A stretch of DNA of 32,000 nucleotides from Breznakia blatticola. GTDB taxonomy: Bacteria > Bacillota_I > Bacilli_A > Erysipelotrichales > Erysipelotrichaceae. Of the stretch, positions 26,091 to 32,000 are shown one piece after another. A model generated the notes under the pieces. The model saw only the letters and a list, made by a program, of their open reading frames with translations, did not search any database and had not been told where the DNA came from. The translations under genes were made by a program, and so were the position numbers. Numbering within the stretch: position 1 is the stretch's first letter; the number at the start of each line of letters is the position of its first letter. The DNA is taken from the NCBI RefSeq assembly GCF_004365815.1, contig NZ_SODD01000008.1, positions 1-32,000 of the forward strand, in the 5' to 3' direction.

Positions 26091-26135
26091 CGAGGTGAAT
26101 ATAATGATGAGCACCTTGCTTAGAAAGGAGGAACT

Positions 26136-26471
26136 ATGGAACTTGTATTACCAAAACACTATGTTGCAGTAGATAACAAATTGGAACATTTTGCACAAGG
26201 GTATTGGACGCATACTGGACATGCGCAGTGGACGTACACAATAACAAAGACCGATTGTAAAAATATCTCTTGGTGGTTGAGTGTTGGCTCAACGGTCTCA
26301 AGTGCGATTGCATATTTTTGTGCGGCTGCTGCACCGTATGCTAGTGCAATATCAACTGTGCTAGGTGGAGCTGCAAAAGTATTTAAATCAGGTGCGAACG
26401 GAAATGGAATTCGTGTGTATTTCCACACAATGGCTTGGGGAAGAACCCCTCGATGGGCAAGTTATCTATAA
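26136..26471 (+). CDS. Hypothetical Trp/Ala/Gly-rich 111-aa protein with a central hydrophobic hairpin and a cationic tail (candidate exporter cargo or membrane-active protein)
   Basis: Strong AAGGAGG SD 6 nt upstream of the ATG. Bracketed by two good terminators, so probably monocistronic. Internal VLGG at residues 75-78 (GG codons at 26364-26369). No family recognised. Confidence 0.7.
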   Translation: MELVLPKHYVAVDNKLEHFAQGYWTHTGHAQWTYTITKTDCKNISWWLSVGSTVSSAIAYFCAAAAPYASAISTVLGGAAKVFKSGANGNGIRVYFHTMAWGRTPRWASYL

Positions 26472-26475
26472 GCCG

Positions 26476-26505
26476 GAAACCAGAGAAATCTGGTTTTTCT
26501 TATTT
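26476..26505 (+). terminator. Intrinsic terminator after the 111-aa ORF
   Basis: AAACCAGA/TCTGGTTT stem, loop GAAA, followed by TTTTTCTTATTT. Confidence 0.7.
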
Positions 26506-26541
26506 ATGAAAATATTTACATGAAAGAAAATGAAAATACTG

Positions 26542-26570
26542 TTGACACAATGAAACATACGTCATATAAT
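26542..26570 (+). promoter_or_regulatory. Consensus sigma-A promoter of the his operon
   Basis: TTGACA (26542-26547), exactly 17 nt spacer, TATAAT (26565-26570). Confidence 0.75.
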
Positions 26571-26576
26571 AATTCT

Positions 26577-26836
26577 AACAATAAACGATGATAAGAAATA
26601 GTAACGTATCTAAAAAGCGTAGAGACTTCTTGGTTGGTGAAAAAGAAGATTGGCAGATTCGTGAACACGTCTTGGAGTTATGAAGGTGAAATAAGTAGTC
26701 TTCATCGGTGTCCCTGCAACCGTTATCTTGCTAGAGTATGATAGTACTCGAAGAGGTTGGTGCTGTGAAGTATCAATAAAAAAAGGTGGAACCACGTAAG
26801 TTAAACTTTCGTCCTTTGGATGGAAGTTTTTTTTGT
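26577..26836 (+). promoter_or_regulatory. T-box riboswitch leader, His specifier (CAC)
   Basis: GA/K-turn CGATGA. Specifier loop AAATAGTA ... GAA-CAC-G (CAC at 26666-26668) closed by ACGTATC/GATTCGT. AGAGA and GGTGAAA distal motifs. F-box CCGTTA (26720-26725). T-box AAAGGTGGAACCACG (26783-26796). Terminator AACTTTCGTCC/GGATGGAAGTT followed by T8 (26804-26836). Confidence 0.85.
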
Positions 26837-26853
26837 ATATAAAGGAGGATCAT

Positions 26854-27978
26854 ATGAATATATTTAGTGTACCATCAGGAATGCGTGATTTAGTATTGAC
26901 TGAGGCGAAAAAGAAAAGACAACTACAACAAGAAATTGAGAAAACATTTCGATTATGGGGATATGATGAAGTCATAACTCCAGGAATTGAATACTATGAG
27001 ACATATGCTGTCGGTTTTCAAAATATAAAGGAACAAGACTTTTATAAATCTATGGATGATCATGGGCGTATTGTGACATTAAAAGCTGATATGACAATTC
27101 CAATTGCACGTGTTTGTGCCACGAAGTTTAAAGACGTTAGTGGACCACTACGTTTTTCATATAGTGCTAATGTATTCAAATCACACGAAACATTATCAGG
27201 AAATAAAAATGAAATTACGGATTGTGGAGTAGAACTGATTGGTCTTGCTGAACCTGAAGGAGATATTGAAATACTTGTAACTGCACTAGATGCACTAAAA
27301 GTAGTAGGTACACAGGATTTCACCTTTGAAATTGGTGATGTACGTTTCTTTAAAGAAGCCTGTAAAGCAGCAAATTTAAGTGATGAACAAATGGAAGTAT
27401 TAGCAGATTTGATTGATCGTAAAGCACTAGTTGACTTAAAAAATTACGTAAATGAACTAGCAATAGATGAAGCTTATGCAACATTCTTTACAGAGATGAT
27501 TTGGTGGAGTGGTCCAGTAGATGTATTAGATATGGCACAACGTTTTGCTTTCAATGATGAATTACTTGCTGTCATTGATAATTTACGAAGTGTATATCAA
27601 ACACTAGAAACACTAGGATACAAAGATGTTGTTTCTTTTGATTTGAGTAAGATTGGAAACTTGAATTACTATACAGGTATTATTTTTGATGCCTTTGTTG
27701 AAGGGGTTGGATTACGTGTGCTTTCTGGAGGACGCTATGATGATTTACTTGAACGTTTTGGAAAAGCAAGTCCAGCTGTTGGATTTTCAATCAAACTTGA
27801 TCAATTAATGGAAGCTTACACTTATGAAGAGCAAGCAAAGAAAGTAGAAATTGAATATGGTCGTGATGCACTTGTGGAAGCCATTGCATTGCGTAAGACA
27901 TATGATGAAAATACAATTGTTGTATTGACACCCAATACATCAATTACAGGAGTTAAAGTAAAAGGAGAACAGTTATGA
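26854..27978 (+). CDS. hisZ: ATP phosphoribosyltransferase regulatory subunit HisZ, 374 aa
   Basis: ORF call trimmed to the ATG at 26854 (AAAGGAGGA SD). HisRS-paralog opening PSGMRDLVL...WGYDEVITP, RFSY and GGRYDDL. Lacks an anticodon-binding domain. Overlaps the short-form hisG. Confidence 0.9.
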   Translation: MNIFSVPSGMRDLVLTEAKKKRQLQQEIEKTFRLWGYDEVITPGIEYYETYAVGFQNIKEQDFYKSMDDHGRIVTLKADMTIPIARVCATKFKDVSGPLRFSYSANVFKSHETLSGNKNEITDCGVELIGLAEPEGDIEILVTALDALKVVGTQDFTFEIGDVRFFKEACKAANLSDEQMEVLADLIDRKALVDLKNYVNELAIDEAYATFFTEMIWWSGPVDVLDMAQRFAFNDELLAVIDNLRSVYQTLETLGYKDVVSFDLSKIGNLNYYTGIIFDAFVEGVGLRVLSGGRYDDLLERFGKASPAVGFSIKLDQLMEAYTYEEQAKKVEIEYGRDALVEAIALRKTYDENTIVVLTPNTSITGVKVKGEQL

Positions 27979-28619
27979 TTTCAATTGCATTAACGAAAGG
28001 TAGATTGCAAAAGCAAAGTGTAAAGATGCTAGATGCTTGTGGTTATGGTATTGAAAACTTACAAAAAGATACACGTCAACTTGTAATTCAAGATACGAAA
28101 AAAGATATTGAATACTTTTTAGTAAAAGCAGCAGACTGTGTGACCTATGTTGAACAAGGTGTTGCAGACTTAGGTTTTGTTGGTAAAGATACACTATTAG
28201 AATCAAGAAATCGTTTTTATGAGTTACTTGATTTGGAACTAGGAAAATGTGGATTTATCGTAGCTAGTTTGCCAGGTAAAGATCCATTCACAAAAACTGG
28301 ACACATTAAAATAGGGACAAAATATCCAACAGTCGCAAAAACATACTTTAAACAATGTGGTCTTGATGTTGAAATCATTAAAATTGAAGGTTCAGTAGAA
28401 CTTGCACCGATACTTGGCTTATGTGATGCGATTGTGGATATCATGGAAACAGGAACGACACTAAAAGAAAATGGTTTAGTTGTTTTGGACCGTATTTGTG
28501 ATATTAGTGCACGTGTCATTGTGAATAAAGCAAGTTTTCGTTTGAAACGTGATGAAATCATGCAGGTACTTACGGATTTGCAAAAGGAGGTAAGAAATCG
28601 AAATGTTGAAGCAAATTGA
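27975..28619 (+). CDS. hisG: ATP phosphoribosyltransferase, short form, 214 aa
   Basis: IALTKGRL opening, DLGFVGKD, and DIMETGTTLKENGL. Confidence 0.95.
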   Translation: MISIALTKGRLQKQSVKMLDACGYGIENLQKDTRQLVIQDTKKDIEYFLVKAADCVTYVEQGVADLGFVGKDTLLESRNRFYELLDLELGKCGFIVASLPGKDPFTKTGHIKIGTKYPTVAKTYFKQCGLDVEIIKIEGSVELAPILGLCDAIVDIMETGTTLKENGLVVLDRICDISARVIVNKASFRLKRDEIMQVLTDLQKEVRNRNVEAN

Positions 28620-29895
28620 TATACAAGATAAAGCTGCTTTTAATGAATTATTGCAAGCACGTTCGATGGAAATCGACCCAAATATTACAGCATCTGTCTT
28701 AGATATTTTACGTGATGTAAAAAAACGTAAAGATGAAGCATTAAAAGAATATACAAATAAATTTGATGGTGTATCTTTAGATTCCTTTACTGTTAGTAAA
28801 GAAGAAATCGATGAGGCATATGCTAACTGTGATCCAAATTTGATTGCCATACTAGAAGAAGCAAAGAAAAACATTACATTTTATCATGAAGCGCAAAAAC
28901 GCCAAGGATATGAGTTAGAAAAAGATAATGGTGTGTATATGGGACAACGCGTGATTCCATTAGAGAAGGTTGGAATTTATGTACCTGGAGGACGTTCACC
29001 TTACCCAAGTACTGTACTTATGGATGTGATTCCTGCAAAAATCGCTGGCGTTAAAGAAGTAATTATGGTCTCACCACCAAATAAAGAAGGAAAGATCAAT
29101 CCTGTGATTCTAGCAACTGCAAAAATCGCTGGCGTGGATACGATTTATAAAGTTGGTGGTGCACAAGCAATTGCAGCACTTGCATATGGAACTGAAAGTA
29201 TTCCTCGTGTAGATAAAATTGTAGGTCCAGGTAATATTTACGTAGCCGAAGCAAAAAAACTGGTATATGGACAAGTGGATATTGACATGGTTGCAGGGCC
29301 AAGTGAGATTCTAGTAATCGCAGATACCAAAGCAAATCCAGCATATATTGCAGCAGATTTAATGAGTCAAGCAGAACATGATCCAATGGCAAGTAGTATT
29401 TTAATTACAACAAGTAAAACTTTGGTAGATCAAGTTGAACAAGAATTAGCCAAACAAATGAAAGATATGCCTAGAAAAGATATTATCGAGACATCATTTA
29501 ACGCATACGGGTATACGATGGTTGTAACTAGTGTTGAAGAAGCGATTACCTATTCAAATGCGATTGCACCAGAACACTTAGAGTTAATGGTAGAAGATGC
29601 AAAAGAATATTTACCACTTGTTACAAATGCAGGAAGTGTCTTTTTGGGATATTACAGTTGTGAAAGTATTGGAGATTACTTCGGAGGGACAAATCACGTA
29701 CTTCCAACCAATGGAACCGCTCGGTTTTATTCACCATTAGGGGTTCACAGTTTTGTGAAAACAAGTTCATATTTGTATTATCCAAAAGAAGTATTGTTAG
29801 AAGAAGGAAGGAAAATTGCAACATTTGCAATACAAGAAGAATTATTTGCACATGCAAATGCAGTTGAGGTTAGATTAGATAATGAAAAAGATTGA
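28603..29895 (+). CDS. hisD: Histidinol dehydrogenase, 430 aa
   Basis: YVPGG...YPSTVLM, MVAGPSEILVIAD, SQAEHD and APEHLEL motifs. AAGGAGG SD. Confidence 0.95.
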   Translation: MLKQIDIQDKAAFNELLQARSMEIDPNITASVLDILRDVKKRKDEALKEYTNKFDGVSLDSFTVSKEEIDEAYANCDPNLIAILEEAKKNITFYHEAQKRQGYELEKDNGVYMGQRVIPLEKVGIYVPGGRSPYPSTVLMDVIPAKIAGVKEVIMVSPPNKEGKINPVILATAKIAGVDTIYKVGGAQAIAALAYGTESIPRVDKIVGPGNIYVAEAKKLVYGQVDIDMVAGPSEILVIADTKANPAYIAADLMSQAEHDPMASSILITTSKTLVDQVEQELAKQMKDMPRKDIIETSFNAYGYTMVVTSVEEAITYSNAIAPEHLELMVEDAKEYLPLVTNAGSVFLGYYSCESIGDYFGGTNHVLPTNGTARFYSPLGVHSFVKTSSYLYYPKEVLLEEGRKIATFAIQEELFAHANAVEVRLDNEKD

Positions 29896-30898
29896 TGCAT
29901 ATGAAGCAAATCAACAACAAGGATTGTTGTTGAATGCAAATGAAAATCCAAAAAATATCGATGCCGACATCCTGGAATCCATTATTGAAGATATAAAGAA
30001 TATTGATTTTAATCGTTATCCAGACAATGATGTTACAATGATTAGAGAAGCATATGCAAGCTATATTGGGGTTGATGCAGATCAAATTATGGTTGGTAAT
30101 GGAAGTGATGAAGTTTTAGGATTACTAATTCACTTACGTTTAGGATCGAATAAAACTCTTTATACACTTGAATACGATTTTTCAATGTACGACTATTATG
30201 CAACATTGCAAGATGCAAACATTGTACGCTTTCCTTTGAAAGTAGAAGACACATTTGATGTTGATTCATTTATTCAACTTGGAAAGAAAGCGAATCCGGA
30301 TTTGATTTGTTTTTCAAATCCAAACAATCCAACAGGACGTTGTATTGAAAAAGAAGATCTTATAAAAATTGTAGAGGCATTTGCGAATACATATGTCATT
30401 ATTGATGAAGCATATGCAGAATTCAGCGATAGTTCTATGATTGATCAAGTGGATGTATACAAAAACTTACTAGTGACTAGAACACTATCTAAAGCATTTG
30501 GTTTAGCTGCCATTCGTTGTGGAATGATGATTGCACACAAAGAAACGATGGAAACATTACAGACGTATAAAGTGCCCTATAATGTAAATACATTAACTCA
30601 AGTCGTGGCTACTAGAGTCCTCCAACAGAAAGAACGTGTGCAAGAAAATATTGAACAAATCAAACAAGCTAGAGATGTTATGTATGAGGATTATGGACGT
30701 GATAAACCAAAGAATGTTACACTATATCCATCATGCGCAAACTATTTCTATGGCACAAGTACAAATAAAGAGAAGTTGTTACAACTAATGGATGATGCAC
30801 AAATCATCATTCGTAATTTCAAAGATGAATATTTTAGAATAACCGTAGGTTCAAATGAAGATAATAAGAAAGTTATGGATATCTTACGAAAGGTATAA
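29882..30898 (+). CDS. hisC: Histidinol-phosphate aminotransferase, 338 aa
   Basis: Class-II aminotransferase pattern (LNANENP, GNGSDE, NPNNPTG, IDEAYAEF, RTLSKAFGLAAIRCG with the PLP Lys). Sits within the his operon. Confidence 0.9.
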   Translation: MKKIDAYEANQQQGLLLNANENPKNIDADILESIIEDIKNIDFNRYPDNDVTMIREAYASYIGVDADQIMVGNGSDEVLGLLIHLRLGSNKTLYTLEYDFSMYDYYATLQDANIVRFPLKVEDTFDVDSFIQLGKKANPDLICFSNPNNPTGRCIEKEDLIKIVEAFANTYVIIDEAYAEFSDSSMIDQVDVYKNLLVTRTLSKAFGLAAIRCGMMIAHKETMETLQTYKVPYNVNTLTQVVATRVLQQKERVQENIEQIKQARDVMYEDYGRDKPKNVTLYPSCANYFYGTSTNKEKLLQLMDDAQIIIRNFKDEYFRITVGSNEDNKKVMDILRKV

Positions 30899-30907
30899 GG
30901 TGAAAGT

Positions 30908-31492
30908 ATGAAACGTATTGCGAGTAAGAAAAGAGATACAAAAGAAACACAAATTGAAATGTCAATCAATCTAGATGGTAGTGGTACATGTGATATTGAT
31001 ACAGGTGTTGGTTTTTTTGATCACATGCTGACGTTGTTTGCATTTCACTCAAATATCGATTTACGCTGTAAAGCAAAAGGAGATTTATATGTAGATGATC
31101 ACCACATGATTGAAGATTGTGGAATTTTGCTTGGTGAACTAATCCAAGATGCTTTAGCAGATAAACGTGGAATCGCACGTTATGGAAGTATGCGTTTAGT
31201 AATGGATGAAACATTATGTACAGTGGATTTGGATATTAGTGGACGTCCATATTTGGTGTTTAATGCATCATTTACACGTGATAACATCAACAATTATTCA
31301 CTAGAAATGACCAAAGAATTCTTCTATGCACTAGCCATGCAAGCACGACTTACATTGCACATCAATATTGCGTATGGAGATAATGATCACCACAAAGTAG
31401 AAGCGATGTTTAAAGGGTTTGGGCGTGCATTGAGACAGGCAATTCGTGTTGAAGGTACAGCAATTCCTTCGAGCAAGGGAGTGATTCAATGA
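30908..31492 (+). CDS. hisB: Imidazoleglycerol-phosphate dehydratase, 194 aa
   Basis: RDTKETQI opening, GVGFFDHML, DDHHMIED and GDNDHHKVEA motifs. Confidence 0.95.
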   Translation: MKRIASKKRDTKETQIEMSINLDGSGTCDIDTGVGFFDHMLTLFAFHSNIDLRCKAKGDLYVDDHHMIEDCGILLGELIQDALADKRGIARYGSMRLVMDETLCTVDLDISGRPYLVFNASFTRDNINNYSLEMTKEFFYALAMQARLTLHINIAYGDNDHHKVEAMFKGFGRALRQAIRVEGTAIPSSKGVIQ

Positions 31493-32000
31493 TAGCGATT
31501 ATTGATTATGGGTTAGGAAATCTACATAGTGTAAAAAATGCTTTAGATACACTAGGTGCGAAAACGATAATTACGTCGGATCCATACGAAATCGAACGTG
31601 CTGATGGGGTTATTTTACCTGGTGTTGGTGCATTTGAAGAAGCGATGCAAAATCTAAATAAACGAAACTTGATTGATGTTGTGTATCAAGTTGTAAAAAA
31701 CAAAACACCACTATTAGGTATTTGCTTGGGTATGCAGGTTATGTTTGAAAGAGGATATGAAGGCCAAATTACAGACGGGTTTTCTTTCTTTAAAGGAGAA
31801 GTTACACGTATCAAAGTGGATGGAAAAATTCCACATATGGGTTGGAATCAACTTGAATATACACAAGATGATGTGCTTATTGATAAAGAACAAGATGCAT
31901 ATGTGTATTTTGTACACAGTTTTGTTGCTACAAACTATGATGAAGATGATCTAGTTGCGTATAGTATGTATGGGAATGCAAAAATTCCTGCGTATTTTCA
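31489..32000 (+). CDS. hisH: Imidazole glycerol phosphate synthase, glutamine amidotransferase subunit HisH (3' end truncated by the window edge)
   Basis: ATGA overlap with hisB. MIAIIDYGLGNLHSVKNAL, LPGVGAF, the nucleophile-elbow LGICLGMQ and HMGWN. The frame is open to the end of the window and is not in the ORF track because it has no stop codon. Confidence 0.9.
   Translation, partial: MIAIIDYGLGNLHSVKNALDTLGAKTIITSDPYEIERADGVILPGVGAFEEAMQNLNKRNLIDVVYQVVKNKTPLLGICLGMQVMFERGYEGQITDGFSFFKGEVTRIKVDGKIPHMGWNQLEYTQDDVLIDKEQDAYVYFVHSFVATNYDEDDLVAYSMYGNAKIPAYF

Noticed and set aside
26104-26172. 22-codon ORF (MMSTLLRKEELWNLYYQNTMLQ) with a GAGGTG SD, overlapping the start of the 111-aa gene in another frame.
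   Set aside because: It has no GG motif or recognisable feature. Its start coincides with the only TATAAT (26100-26105) that could serve as the promoter for the 111-aa gene, so it may not be on the transcript. Kept only as a note.
26196-26201. Q21-G22 of the 111-aa protein as the end of a classical 22-aa double-glycine leader.
   Set aside because: Position -2 is Gln rather than Gly. The upstream residues fit the hydrophobic -4/-7/-12/-15 and acidic -8 pattern poorly, so it is not a convincing C39 site.
26134-26428. Minus-strand ORFs of 66 and 89 aa overlapping the 111-aa gene.
   Set aside because: The plus-strand frame has a consensus SD and terminators in the correct orientation. The antisense frames are open only because the sense strand is Ala/Gly-codon rich.
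26610-26795. 61-aa minus-strand ORF upstream of hisZ.
   Set aside because: It lies entirely within the T-box leader, whose conserved RNA motifs (specifier loop, F-box, T-box, terminator) explain this sequence.
1-32000. CRISPR arrays, transposases or integrases, tRNA or rRNA genes, and long repeats flanking the 22-26.5 kb accessory block.
   Set aside because: I could see no repeat-spacer periodicity, no recombinase-like ORFs, no tRNA-like cloverleaf candidates and no flanking direct repeats. The accessory block therefore shows no visible mobility signature.

Overview
AT-rich chromosomal window (roughly mid-30s % GC, judged by eye) from a low-GC Firmicute. Gene order and the RNase P RNA sequence blocks match Bacillus subtilis, so most of the window is conserved core genome. 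On the minus strand lies recU-ponA. On the plus strand lie gpsB, rnpB (RNase P RNA), the rodZ-like gene, pgsA, cinA (C-terminal domain only) and recA. These are followed by a GNAT acetyltransferase, a DUF2200 gene, rny, ymdB, a ferredoxin, miaB, proC, a YitT-family membrane protein and a DUF885 lipoprotein. Next comes a Lac/Cel-family PTS operon (IIB, IIC, IIA, three small ORFs, a DUF871/MupG-like hydrolase and a GntR/HutC regulator). The window ends with a His-specific T-box leader driving hisZGDCBH, with hisH cut by the window edge. The only clearly accessory segment is about 22.0-26.5 kb, between the PTS regulator and the his leader. It encodes a C39-peptidase ABC exporter and a HlyD-type adaptor. 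The companion genes are unusual: an overlapping 57-aa two-TM micro-protein, a His/Cys-rich 160-aa cytoplasmic protein wedged between exporter and adaptor, and a 111-aa Trp/Ala/Gly-rich protein in its own terminator-bounded unit. No canonical short double-glycine prepeptide, pheromone module or recognisable immunity gene is present. This is my best candidate for an undescribed export or antimicrobial system. I found no tRNA or rRNA genes, CRISPR arrays, transposases or integrases. All homology calls rest on motifs recognised by eye, because no searches could be run.
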